A stretch of DNA of 64,000 nucleotides, from assembly GCF_008831285.2 (NCBI RefSeq), contig NC_045138.2, positions 2,418,001 through 2,482,000 on the forward strand. Reading direction: 5' to 3'. The stretch is from Nymphaea colorata. Lineage: Eukaryota. Shown here in pieces: positions 12,760 through 32,070 of the stretch (the stretch's first letter is position 1; every line of letters starts with the position of its first letter). Both the position numbers and the translations under genes were made by a program. Below the pieces are notes generated by a model. It did no database searches and was not told the DNA's origin. It saw only the letters and a list, made by a program, of their open reading frames with translations.

Positions 12760-15717
12760 TGTACACACACTTTACAAACCTTTAGGATGTTTTTTTTTTT
12801 TGTCATTTCTGTGACATGCTAAAGAAACACACTTCTTTTCTAATTGTCAGCTTTTATCTTTTGAGATTAAAAACACATCCTAGAGTTACCTTGAAAAGGT
12901 TCCACAGTACAGAAATAACAGAATTGTGAAGAACACACTAATTCCAAAACAGATTGCATTATTAATAGGCATGTTAACAAAAGTTGCATAAAAAATTACT
13001 AGGATCTAGCCAGCTCTAAGGTTCGGACATCCTTCCAACCACTTAGAGCATATAAATGACAAACCACATTTTACAATAGACGAAGAATCGCTCAGTCGAA
13101 CTCAAAGTTTAAACTACTAGCAAACTTAAGACAAGGCAATTGGCAAGGGCTATAAAGACACCAAGTGACTCTGTGGGCTCTTAGAAGTTAGAACAACCTG
13201 TATTCCATCAAATACTTCATAAGAGCATGGGGTGGTGAAGAGACTAGTCAGTTGAACAACCAAGGAAGTTTTACAAAGAAGGCAAATGAGCCCACAGTCA
13301 TATCGCTTGCATTTCACATATTTAAATTTCTGCAACAAGGCATGACATACTGCCATCTCATAGAAGATTCCCACCTATTTTAATGTGTACTTCTAGATGT
13401 CCACATTGGTATATCTTTGGCATTTTTTTTTTTTTGTATACACTTTGTAGTTTATCTTTTTCATGTGAACGTGCTTTGATATGTTTATGCCCTCAAGGGA
13501 AATGCTTGGTATCCTTGTGGGTTCTGAACCACTTAGTTGGAAGTTGGCAAACATATCCAACTGTTGATAAAACTAACAGTACAAATGTGGTCGGCAGGTC
13601 TGAAACCGAAGAATCAACAGGAAGATCATCGTGCTTGTGTCCGATCAAATTTTATAAGACAAAAGGTTCAGACTGATGTTACTGAACCTTTATAGGTTCA
13701 CAATTAGGAAGAGCTGACCTTTTTGTTGAATCCTACATCTTTCGGACCTTGAGATGATAATTACAAAGTCCGCTTTACAGGAAAAACTCCAAAATGTGGG
13801 AGACGAGAGGGTTATAGATCCATCGTCCATCCTAAGGAAAACACTTGCTATATTGACCAAACTGGTCACCAATTTTTGCACTAGATAAATGTTTTCTTAT
13901 AGTTGTCAAAGCTCTTACAAAACAAGATATTTATACTAAAGATCAGCAAGGTAGAGAGTACTAAATGTATATATCTAGCACTATTGGTTTCAAAATACAG
14001 ACAATCCAAGGGTGCTATTCGCACATGATTTAACTATTAACTGTAGAAGTTATGCATAGAAATGCAACATTTTCAGATAATAAGAACGCCAGGCCTGTTT
14101 TTGCTGGCATGTTATTCATTTATTTCCTGTATCATCCATAAATATGTTCATAAACACAAACATCAACGTCTTTTTTCCCTAAAAGAAAGAAGCCATTGTG
14201 TTTGGTTCAAAAGAAACAAGTGGCCTTCTGTGCAACTGCCTAGGCCAAAAATATTTAAATAAATAAATAAGAAGGGTTTCTATTTATATGACATTTAATT
14301 CTGAATCATCAACATAGCTTGGATATCGCATTCCTGATCTAGGAAGCCAATTCAGAAGTAAAGCCATAAAAGATATTGACCTTACGACCTACAAAGAAGA
14401 CCAGAAAAAACAAAAAAAAAACAAAATGGAATTATAGCCACAAATATCACAATGTATGAGTCAAGTTTTGTCTCTACAAACAGCCTTCGGTTGAAATTGA
14501 ACAATATATCACAGCATAACTACATTGCGATTAAAATTGCCATGAGAATGCACGCAAATTACTAAAAGTATCAAACAATATATCACAGAATAACTACATT
14601 TCGATTAAAACTGGCAGAAGAATGCACACAAATTAATAAAAGTATCAGCCACGCAATAACATTAAATGTTGCCATTGCATCGAAATTTGGAGACATATTT
14701 GTCCCCTTAAAGAGCAATACAATAAGATTGGCTGTGCTCTGACAACTTTACTGAAGACACATTTCATCTTTGAGTGGGTGATGGAAGAAAATTGACACAC
14801 AAATTACCTCTCTCGCATTCTAGAAAACCTCAGATTAGATGTTTGCCTCATAGGGCTCCTAACTCAATTCCTACAAGGAACAGGACCAGTTTCCTCATCC
14901 AAAAACCAACCTTCTACTTCCTTTCCATTTTGCTGCCATGAGTAGCTAGCACTAATTCAGTCAAATGATGGTAAGTTTCCTCGTTGGCATTGAGAAGGAA
15001 GCACACAAGTTGAATCTTATCGTTGGAACAAATCAACAACTAAAAGAAAAGTCTGACAACCAAAATTTCGCCAATTAACTCAGCAAATTAGATCCACGAA
15101 AGCCCCGGTCTACCTCAAACCACGCAACATAGACATTTTTCTCATTCATTATATGCTGAAACGGAAAATCCTCCCCAACCCAGAAAGCTACAACCGTGAC
15201 AAATGTAGCAAACCAATAGCCAAAGAACAAATTCACTCCACAACAGTGGAGATGAGGGCCACAAAGGAAGGGCAAAATTCATATAATAAAAGGGAAAACC
15301 AATTACGCAGCCAATTCAACGCCCTAAATTCGATTGAGCCACAATTCTACGTGCATGATCCATCACCGAGACGAACTCCGACCATTAAGAATCACAACAC
15401 GACTAGGTTGCGCAAATCACGAACTCAAGACTCGAACCACCCCGTCGAGATCTAGCGAACAACTGACTCAAAACAAACGGAAACTACGGAAGGATTTGAT
15501 GCCAAAATCAAAGAAGGGGAAAGGATGAAACACGTAGTCGATCTCATACAGATCCGAGTTGAACAAATCTACCGAAGCTAATTGTAGGACATCGAAAAAA
15601 TTTAACCAGAAATTCGAGAAAGAGGGGAAATTTACCTCCTAGAAATTGCAGGAAGAGCACCGAGGTGAAGAAAACCAAGAATCTCGACGGCGGCAGCCTC
15701 GATCTTCGAGTCATCAT
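12428..15717 (-). CDS. Small uncharacterised single-pass membrane protein, 107 aa (signal peptide, TM helix, acidic tail)
   Basis: Exon 1 15717-15636 (MMTRRSRLPPSRFLVFFTSVLFLQFLG, donor GTAAA) joins exon 2 12669-12428 (CAG acceptor) in frame. It encodes a hydrophobic helix VKVLLICSAVVAIVAFCVFLF followed by KRWQKKKREEQHARLLRLFEEDDELELELGLRD*. Confidence 0.8.
14500..14646. repeat. Two-copy 74-bp tandem duplication in the membrane-protein gene intron
   Basis: AACAATATATCACAG...AAAAGTATC at 14500 and 14574. Confidence 0.85.
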
Positions 15718-18700
15718 CTCTTCTGCCGATGACGAGAGAAGAAGGGGGGTGGGGGGAAATCGCAGGGAAAACAGAAAAGAAAGAAAGTTAAGAAACCGAA
15801 CGAAAATGACAGCACAAAAGAAAAACAGGGAATTAAGAGTAGGAAATAGAAATTCTCTCTCCTCCTTTTTTTCGTCAGCGTAAAGACTCGATCAAACACG
15901 AAGCTGAGACGTCACACTTTTTTTTTCTTAATTTTTAGAAAAACAAGAACCTAAATATGTTTGGGTTTTGGATTTAAATTTGGATCCAAATCTTATTCTC
16001 TATCAAAACACGAAATGATGGTTTTGGATCCACCGTATCAAGTCTAACCAAGTGAATGGTAGAATAACCTCAACTGGATCTTGCATTATTCAATTATTCA
16101 GTTTTATTATATTAACTAAAGTCAAATATATATCAGTAAATTTACATAAAATGAGAAATTTGATATAGATTTTTTATTATTTACTTTACTATTACACGGA
16201 CAACATATTGTTCATAAATACAAATAGTAAATTTTAAAGTTTTGGAGCTCTTGGATCTTTTAATATTATGAAATCTAATGACGAAGTTCTGGAGCTTAAA
16301 CGATTCATCGGGTCATGATCCATGAAAGACTCCGAACCGTTAATCCATCTCGATTTGCAAAGAAAATCCAAGCTTGATCCAAATCAGAAATTTAAATTGA
16401 AAAAATTGGTTTAAATGGAAAAATTATTTATATATATTAAGAGCACCAGATATATTTTTATATCAAAAAATATTTGAAAATGGTTTTCCCATAAACTTCT
16501 GGTCAGCTTTGGCATGCAGGTTCTCGCTCTCTCACTTTTTATTTAATACTTTTTTTTTTAAAATTATATCTCAGATAAGATACAAGAAAATAGTAACAAT
16601 AATATTTAAGTTTGAGTTAGTATGATAAAGGAACAAAAATATTCTTGATGAGGACAAATTTCAAGTTCAACTATATTCAATAATATTAATTCATGATTAA
16701 TTATGTAAAAAAATAACTTAATTTTTTAACATATTTTAAAATCAAATTTTAATTATTCTTATAAGTTACATTTTTTGTACAAAAAATATCAAACAAGCCA
16801 AACATATCGTTTATTATCGCATTTCACATACAACGATATTATAAAATAATACCTAATGTTAAGCCAAAATGGATATGGATTTGATTTATTATAACTCGGC
16901 AGATGCTCGAATTCAATTCGGTCAGTAAGAAATATTCTCCAGCTGCCGCCATCTTCGATTCTCGTCCAATCATTCCACCAAATTTGACCTTTCTCTTTTT
17001 TCTCAATCAGTGCTCCACCTTTTGCTGGTATTTAAAAAAGCCCCTTGAAGTTATTATCAGTGTCCCAAAAAAAAAAAAAAAAAAACTCTTTGCAAGCGGA
17101 ATCAGCGGGAGGCTGCAGGCTGCTGATTCAATAAATCGCTTAAGGATATTGCTTTTTAATAAAGCAAACTAGAAAATTGAATTAAAAATAAAATGATTTT
17201 CAATCCACCATATAATAAAACTAATTTGCCATTCCAAAAACAGATGGGTGATTGATATAATATAATATGACATATGTATGTATATATATGAGATTATTTA
17301 GACCACTCATTTCAATGAAATTAAATAGTAAAAATTAAGTGGCAAATATATATAATTTGAGGATTTTTAGTTATAGATTGGACAAATAAATTTTCAAGCC
17401 TTTCACAACACACTGAAAATTTTATATATATATATATATATATATATTTATTTATTGGTGAAAGCTTTATAAAGCCGATACCAATATTTGCAGCAAAGTT
17501 TATCAAACTAACAAGTACAAGGGAGGGAAGGGGGAACCATTTGTTATAATAAGCCAGCTTTGGCAGCTTTTTGAAATATGGCTTAAAAGTTGGGCAAAAT
17601 TTCGAAGGAACAAAAAGTGGAAAGAGAAATGCAAATGGTATCGCGCCTTTCTTTTTTTTTTTTTTTTTTTTTCTACATTTTTCAAATTGAAGACGCTTTT
17701 AAGTTGGATTTGTCGCAAAGACTTACCACTTTGCTGTTTACGGGTCCATGAAACGTGCATACTTACCACTCGGCCTGATTTTTTATTTTAATATTATTTT
17801 TATTGACATATTATATATAATTATATATGTATATATTTATTAAAATTAATTATATTTATATATTGTTTTTATATTAAAAATATATATATATTTTTTAATT
17901 TTAAAAATTATAATTTAAGAATCGGTTTGACTTACCACCCAAAGAAAGCCCAACACTCACCCAACCCATCACAAACTATAGTTTCAAAATTTTAACAAGG
18001 ACTGAAATAAAAATTTTAAATTATATATGCATATATATATTAAATTAAAATTTTTTAAATTTACAAATAAATTTTTAAAGTTTAGAAAATTTGAGTAGGG
18101 GCCAAGGCCCCTTACATCGTACCAAGAGAAGCCCCCTTCCTCTGTCAGAGAGAGTCACATCAACTATTGATAATTAACATAAAATTACATCATATTAAGA
18201 GAGATTCTACACCACATTAACTACTTAATTAACAAAAGCTACATACCAATCCTGCTTAGTTTTTCTACTTCACAAAATTAAACATGAAACCAACACAACA
18301 TCATCGGTGGAGTGCAATGCCGTGAGCCGTTCGATTGTGCTTGATTGAACGGCCCCGGCCCATATTAAACACAGGGACGAATGGGCGGAAGACACACAAA
18401 ACCTTGCAATTTTCTCCAGCCCACTTTCTCCCCTCTACTGCACCCCACTTGAGCTCTTCCCCCCCTTTTACCCGTCACTTCTTGCTCTTACCTATCGCCA
18501 TGCATCCTTGTCAAGGGTGAAACCAACAATTTTTCATGAGACGAGCCGAATTAAAGCTTTTAAATCTTTACTAGAGCTGAAATATTATTTTTTAAAATAT
18601 TTATATAAAACAAGTGAATTTTTTAAAAATTTATATGTTAATTTTTTTTTTTAAAAATTTTTAAGGAAGACCCCGGGGGCCCATGCAAGCCCTGCCATAA

Positions 18701-19519
18701 CTCCATCCGTTGGAAACTCATGATATGATTATATTGGATAAGTGCTTTAAATAGAAAAGCACACAGGAGAATATAAAGACGTGGATCCCTAAGCATATCA
18801 TTGTAAAATAAAATCAAAACAATTTATTTTCTTTTTTATTAAAACTTCAGTTAAAGTTGTTCACGGACTGATAGTACAAACTTCGCTGCTTACGGATGGT
18901 TCTCGGTAAAACCATTGTTTTGGTAAGACTTGGATATTGTTTAATTTGATACTTTTTACTATTTATAAATGAAAAGAAACATTGCTTTTTTTTTTTCCCC
19001 CTCTTATCAATCAAACACGGGTGAAGTAAAGTTTTGCCTCGAAAAATTTGGCCATCAATTAAACACGGTCCTTAATTTTTGAGGCCTGTCGAACTGCTCA
19101 AGTGTACCATCTTAACTTAGTATCAAACACGGGAAACTATCGAAAATGCTCTAATTAATTATAACTCATGTCTTAAGAACTAGATATGGATGACAAAAAA
19201 TAGACGAAACAGTGACGTTTTTTTAATGAAAATTGTGGCTTCTCTTAAAAAATTATAGAAGGTGATTGATTTTACTAAGCAAAAATTTGCTCGAAAATGC
19301 AAATTCTTAAAGATTTTTTTTAATGTCTACTTAAGGAAGCCAATTTCCTTGCAAAACCTCAAAATCATTTCATTCTTTGGAGTTTTGCCGGACAGTGCAT
19401 CTTTTAGTGTTTCAGTGACCTTATTCGAACATCTGTTCACCTAATTCCGGAAAAAATTATCCAAGAGTTGCGACGAGGTAAGAAGAGGTGAAGGTGGGAA
19501 GGAGAAACCCAGAAAAGGC

Positions 19520-21752
<2,233 letters not shown>

Positions 21753-24339
21753 GTTTTCACCATCCCCTGCATCGTTGTAGAAATTCCTTTTGGTGTGTGG
21801 TTTGCTCCATAAGTAGAGGTTGCCAACCAACTCGCATAATATAGTCTCTATGGCATCCTCCATCTGGCAGGAGATGGTTGTGTTATTATGCATTTTCCTT
21901 TTTTCCAAAATTCAAACTTGAATTTTCTTGTTTTGGTTCTTTAAGTTGTCTAGTCTTGTAAGTGTTGGGAGTGCAATTCTCAATGTAGGGATGCATTGTA
22001 GTTCTGCTGAGTGAGCTTCTCATAACACAGAGTTCAGGCGGTTTATGATCCAGCCTGCAATTCTTTTGCTCAGTTCAATGGGTTCTATTTCTAGTCCTTG
22101 TGTGGCATTATTGTTATAGTATGGCTGTACCGTATACTTGGCTGATGGCAGATATCTGATCTAACTTTTGGTAGACTTTGCTGCATTTCTATTCTACTTT
22201 GTTCGCTAAAAAACCTGGCTCAAGAATACTTGGTAGTCATTACACATTCTCCATGAAGTAGTAGTTAGATCAATTGAGACCAAAGATCACCCACACTTGC
22301 CGTCACTGTTTTGTGTCCTATATGATTTTATAGTAAGCTTATTGTATAGCCAATGGGTTATATTTTGTGTGATATAGTTTTCTTTTAGAAACGAGCAAAG
22401 GAATTACGCTTGGATTTTGGGGATTAGAGTTCTATTATTGGTTTCATTTACATTTCTGTCGACCCTAAGATGACTGTGATAGGTCAACCAAGAGCTAAGT
22501 GTGAAAAAGTTCCACTGATTGGTAGTCTTCCATTCAAATTATTTCCATGTGCTTAAGACTTTGCTTCTAGTACAGTGGGCTTCTGGTTACAACTGATTTC
22601 TGAGGCAGGTCCTTGTGCTTCTCATTGAAAATTGCTATTTGGACCTAGCATTAGATCAGCTGAACTTGGCTTTATATTGAAAGGAAGGCACGAAGATCTT
22701 TGTACGCTTAATCCAAACCTATATCTGATAAGATGTGCTGACGATACACACACACACACAAACACGTTCTATGGACTTGAAACAACTTTGCAGAAAGAAG
22801 TTCTAGATGGCCATCACAAATTGAAAATGTTCCGTTCTTCTGCCGCTGTGGCATTTATCTGTGCTTCTGTTTGGAAGGGAGCTTAGATGCAGCAACCGTG
22901 GATTTCGGATATAGAATAGTTACCTTTCTGCTATGTTGGCTTTTAGAAAATTGGTTCATTTTTTTAAATCTGGACAGAAATGCATCGTTTTCATTTTCTC
23001 TTCTTGGTTCAGATCTATGCCAGCTGAGGTGCGGCAGACTCTTGGTATATGCCATAGTTGCACCTGGGCTATTGAACTTTGTACCTTCTTCAACTCGTCT
23101 TAGGTCCAATCCCTTAGGTGTGGCAGTTTACAGAAGCATGATTCTTACAATCTTTTCACAGGAACTTAACCTTCAAGATGAAAGAAACAAATTGAAGCTC
23201 TCTCTTTCTCTCTCTCATATACTCCTTTCATGAAATTCGGGTTGGTGTTAGCGCCATTTGGCATGAAAAAAGCAAACTTGGTTATGTGCATTCATGCACA
23301 GGGGTGTGCGATGACAAAAATGTCCCTATTAAATAAAAAGAAACTTTTGAAAGGGGTAAAAAAAGGATTGTAAAAAAAAAGTCTAAAATATCCACTACTT
23401 CATAAAAAATTTTGAAAATGTTTCATCTCCCTTTTGGTTTATACTTGTTGCATGCAACTCAATCTCTGAAAAGCCAGTCAAGAAGTGATTCTACAACTGC
23501 TACTGGTTTGTGTCATTCACGATCATTTGTAAATCGTGCCTTGATACTTGTAAGTCCAAATTGGTATCATCATGTAATAATTTTAAGAGCACAAATATTT
23601 TCTTGAATTAAAAATCCAAGGTGAGTCCCCTCAAGTTGTTACCATATGAAAAAGGTCAAAAACTATTTTCGGATTGGTCTCATCACTGTGACATAATTGT
23701 GCAGGAGCATATCACATCCAGACAAGTGGTCGAACGTAGCCTTTACATGAATTTCACCATCACTTTCAGCCGATTCAAGTCAACAGCAATGTCTATCATA
23801 TCAAATCTGAATCTGAGTTTTGATCCGATAAGCACAGCCTTCGTGTACAACAATTCTAGTTGTTGGCTTGGCTTGTGATGATCCACTTCACCGGTCCCTG
23901 CTTCTGGTGTTCACCACAGAAACAGAAGAAGTCAAGGGTTCGGTGCAGAAGTGGGGACACGCAAAACACATGCAAATCAGAGGAAATGACAACAGACGGA
24001 GAGAGGGTAATGGACGGAGTTGTCAGTGCGGACAGGAAGCGTCACATTGATTAAGAATCGACTGCAGAGACGACACAGAATCTTCTCCTCCACTGCTGCA
24101 TGCACAGCCACCACCACCGCTGTCGGTTGCGTGGGCAAGCTGCCTACGTTCCCCCTCCCAAGACTTACGCCCTACGACTGCTCTTGTCCTCTACATCATC
24201 ATCCAGCTAGAGGTACATTAATCCTCCCTCTTTCTATGCTTGTTAGAAGTAACACTCTTAATACCCCAATAATATATCCCACTCTCACATAAACATTTAA
24301 GCTAAAAATTGGACACTCTTGATGCCTGCCACAGACTTC

Positions 24340-25270
24340 ATTATTGAAGCTATGCTGAAAGAAATCTTATCAGCAAACAAAAAAGAGTCAGTACGGGGAA
24401 GTTTTTTGATGGGGAAGGAAGAATGAGCTCCCGAGACTTCATTTTTCCTTTCAAACCTCTTACAAAGACTTCCATGATTAAGATAGACAGGTTTGGAGAT
24501 AGAGGATCCCTCTGCCGAAGGCCCCTAAGGGTATTGCATCTTCTTCCTTCTACACCGTTTATCAAGACTGCATATGAGACTGTACCAACATACTGTATCA
24601 ATAGATCAATCCATCGACTGTGGAATACTAGCTTTAACAAAGGACCATGAGACCTGTCATACACAGGTCAACTTTCAAGCAAAAAGCTTCTTGCTTGCTT
24701 CTATTTAGCCTATCCACCATCACATTTGCCAGCACTTTGATCATGAATGATCCTATTTTTGATGAATGCTCCATGAGAGCTACCAATGACATACACAAGA
24801 ATACCTTGCAATCTGTTCACCATTACCTTAGAGTGGATCTTATAAATCGAGTTGCATAGAAATGTTATAAGTCTAAAGTCCTCATTAGATTCTAGACCAA
24901 CATACCCAACATTCTTGAAAAAAATAGTTCGGGAAACCATATGATCCTACCTGCCCTTTCTTTATTCAAAGTCGGCCTCATAAGGAATTCATTTTCCTCC
25001 CTCAATACTTTCGGCCTCTCTTCTATAGTATTATCATATCACTGGAAGCTCTGTTGTCATTGTAGAATGATTCAAAATACTCATGGGAGGCTTGCAAGAT
25101 ACCATCCTGCTCTTCAACAACCTGATTCCCTACTTTCATTTTAACAATATGATTTCTTGAATTCCTACCTTTAGCCATGACCTGAACAAATTTGTTATTC
25201 TTCTCTTCTTCTTTGAGCCATCGAATTTTTGCCATGTTTTTCCATAGAACTTCCTCCACGAGGTTCTATG
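24340..25270 (-). mobile_element. Degenerate L1-type LINE ORF2 (reverse transcriptase) fragment
   Basis: Broken minus-strand frames give EEVLWKNMAKIRWLKEEEKNNKF, DFRLITFLCNSIYKIHSKVMVNRL...GAFIKNRIIHD and SYAVLINGVEG...RGLRQRDPLSP. These match plant L1 RT motifs (DFRPISLCN, RGLRQGDPLSP) with frameshifts. Confidence 0.88.
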
Positions 25271-26970
25271 GAAGCTTTCATGTGCATCCCCTCCAACTTT
25301 CAAGATGAATAAAACAAATTGAAGCTTTCTTTCTGTTCTTTCTCTCTCTCCTTCTCTCTCATACATCTTCATGAATTCCTGGGCGGTGTATGCACCATTT
25401 GGTATGAACATGCACTGGAAAGAGTCCAGAATCAAATGATCGTCCTAATTATTTTGTTTTCTTTTATTTGATAAGCGACCTGAGGTCAGGCAAATGACTG
25501 GCAGTACCATATGTCAAATGACTTAGTGGGGATTGAAATCCTCTTCATCTCCCTCAAGAGAGGCAGATGAATCTCGTGTTAGCTGGAGATTGCTTTCTGA
25601 GAACTCCTCTTCCCGTTTTTTACCGTTCTGTGATGCCATCCACAGGTTGAATGCGTACCACCTACGGCACCCCATTGAAATTTACATCGAGAGACCGATC
25701 TTTTGCCGGATATTGTTCAAGTTCCGTGCCCTTTGAAAAGACATTGTGGCACCTAACTCTCGACTAAAACTGATGGCTGGAGATTTCAGGAAGATTAACC
25801 ATGGTTAGATACAGTAGAAGTGTCAAAGTATCCAAAGGCTGTAAGCAGGAAGAGAGAGAACACACTTTATCAAACAAAAACTGAAAAGCGACGTTCTATA
25901 CGGATCTTAACCATGAAATTTACTTTCGATATTTTTTACTTTTCAAGTATGAAAGGTTTGGTAGCAGAAGAAGAAGCGGTGCTTTTTTGAGATATCAGGC
26001 CAGAAAGTTAGCTTCTGAATAGACTCTTAACCAGAAAGGGATTTTAAATCTATTGAATGCAATTCCAGAGGACAGAAAAGCTACTATATATCACTATATG
26101 ATGATAAGATTGCTTCTAAATTTAATACAAAATTCCAATTCAGATTTGAATTTGCATCTAAAAGTTGGATGCAAATTAGATTCGTTGTGAAATCAGATTT
26201 CAGATATAATTTTTCTTTTTTCTTATTTGACTATAAGTTCAAGTCAAAATATAAGAATATGAAAAAAAAATTAGATATATATGTACTTCGAATTCGATTC
26301 ATTAACATCTCTAATAAAATGCTCTCTATTAAAAGTCTAATAACAAAAATCAAAAGAAAGAAGGTTCACGTTTAAATATCGAAGGTTGAATTACAAACAT
26401 TTCATCTTCACTATTTCATTGTATCTAAAGGTTCATGTGCCTTCATAATTAATAAAAAACGACTAATATTTGAACAAATAACAAATCACTGTTCAATTTT
26501 GAGAGGGTATTTGGATAACACCCATCCAAAATTTGAAACAAAAATCTAACGTTTAAAAACCTGATTTCCTGTGGTTGAGATAATTTGATTTTAAAAAAGA
26601 AATATCTTTGTTGATCTTTTATCTTTCACATTATATATTTTCTGCTTATACAAAAAGATAATCCCTTTTATAAACTGAGGTATTATGGAAATTATATGGA
26701 CATTATGCACAAGACCGTGCATATAACCAGCTAATTACCGAAAACATCCTCCTCCATCTCCAGAATTTTCTTGCCCAAACCGGTTTTATGGGTTCACATC
26801 TAATTATGTACATAAAAAATTTCATGCGCCAATACGATTAGAAAATGCTTTTATTTGATAGATTTTTTTTTTCATAATGACAAAATGAAAAATAAAAAAA
26901 GCGAAAAAACTTAAGAATACAAATTTTATTCAATAATTTATCTCAAAAAACCATTTGTCACGAGGTTTGC

Positions 26971-26977
26971 TATAAAA
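26971..26977 (+). promoter_or_regulatory. TATA box of OPR-B
   Basis: TATAAAA in context GGTTTGCTATAAAA, about 90 nt upstream of the ATG; position conserved among paralogs. Confidence 0.65.
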
Positions 26978-27063
26978 TGGATTGAAGGTTCGTCCCTGCC
27001 GCCTGTGTGCGCGCGCTTACTTACGTTGGTAGTAGTGAGAGAAACAAGAGAGAGAGAGAGGGG

Positions 27064-30533
<3,470 letters not shown>

Positions 30534-30543
30534 ACTTTATACA

Positions 30544-30708
30544 CAGTGGCAGAGCCACATGGTGACTGGTGTGGGCAACTGCCCACACCAGCTTCACAAA
30601 GTTTATTTGTTTTTACATTAGCAATTTGATATATATAAGTGCCCGCTAAAAGTATAGAACATATTGAATTAGTGTCCACACCAGTCAAAATTTCTGGCTC
30701 CGCTAGTG
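30544..30708. mobile_element. hAT-type MITE (165 bp), 10 nt downstream of the OPR-B stop
   Basis: TIRs CAGTGGCAGAGCCA / TGGCTCCGCTAGTG; 8-bp TSD TTTATACA/TCTATACA; absent from the homologous OPR-C 3' UTR. Confidence 0.85.
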
Positions 30709-31559
30709 TCTATACATGTTCTTCAGACAAAGTTGTAGGGGAGGAGGTGTGTGTCTATCCACGCACTGTGCAGGCAAGTCCTGACAAGAGAATAGGACTT
30801 CCATGAAAGGACATGTATTGGTTTTGGATCTGGGTATGATCCGGCTTGATCCAGCTGTATTTAAGTTTAAACTGTTTTAGGGCCCTCCATGCACACAACT
30901 GCAGGCCTGTTGTTTTGTTATGTACTTATGTTCTCTTGAGTCCCATGTAATTTGTAATGTGTTTTTTTTTTTTGGGAAAAAATGGGATAAATGAAATTTC
31001 CATTTAAAGCTTCAAAATGTGTGTTTTTTTTTAAACATTACAAACGAAAAAAAAGTAAAAAAATGCATTTTTTGGTGTTTTTTCCATTTTGTTCATGTTT
31101 TTTAATGCCAAACAGTTTTTTTATTTTTTTATTTTTGTTTATTGCAAATTTACTTATTTTTTGATGTTTGTGTTATTAGTTTCTCACTTATTTTATTTCC
31201 CATCATTTTAGTTTTTCTTTTTAAAATTTATCGTATTTTCCTCTTATTTGTCTAAATCTTTTCAAACTTGTTGGTACTATAACTAAGAAAAACTTACCGT
31301 TTAAAACTCAAGAAAGAAAGGAGAGCGACGTGCAAGCTGAAGCACGATGGGAAGCAGAATCTTGAGCCACCGAAAGCATGCCCTGTACTCTAAGAAAGTA
31401 AAGGGTTGGGTAGAGGCTTTGGCCTTTTGCTGGTCGATGTGAAACCCCGCTCATTAGGGTTGATACTTGTGCTATTTAGCTCCACCCACCCTAAAGAAAA
31501 AAAAAAGAAAAAAAAGAAAATGGTATGTATCTATTATATGCTTATATATACGCCCATGC

Positions 31560-32070
31560 TACCAAGTTGGACACTGAAGATAGGAATCCAAATCCACTCA
31601 TGAGAAAGCATTTGTATATGTATATGCACTAGATTTTGACAAAAAAATATAGGATGGTATAACTCATCCACTGAAAATGGGTAAAACTTAATCGTCTAAG
31701 ACACAGGTTGATTTTTCCAAGTATCTATGAAATAAATGGAATAACAGTAATAAGTAAATGAAATAACAAAAAAGAGTGGCGAAGATACCTCTCTCTATAA
31801 ACACATACACACAAAAGGAGATCAGATTTTGATAATCAAGTGTAGGTAAAACCCTAACAACTTTCTTTGTTTTCTCTTTTTGATAGGGGACAAAGGTGGA
31901 GCCAGAGTTTTTTTTCCACAAGGCACTAAATGTATAATTAACAAATTCTCAATTGACCATGGAGTAGTGATCCTGATCTCCGGCCCTCGTAGGGGAATTG
32001 TATTTGATATACTGTTGTTGTGTTCTCTCTCTCTCTCTCTCTTTTGAAATGGGTGCATGTGGAAATACAA
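31560..32070 (+). pseudogene. Collapsed remnant of an OPR-C-like copy (upstream region plus intron-1 fragment, no exons)
   Basis: 31560-31862 aligns by eye to the OPR-C upstream region 33033-33392. 31989-32066 aligns to OPR-C intron 1 (GTAGGGGAACTGTA...TTTTGAAATGAGTGCATGTG, about 33725-33790). Confidence 0.6.

Noticed and set aside
17761..17938. AT-rich segment flanked by ACTTACCAC direct repeats (possible TSD)
   Set aside because: TIRs are weak and the same motif also occurs at 17721, so element boundaries cannot be supported.
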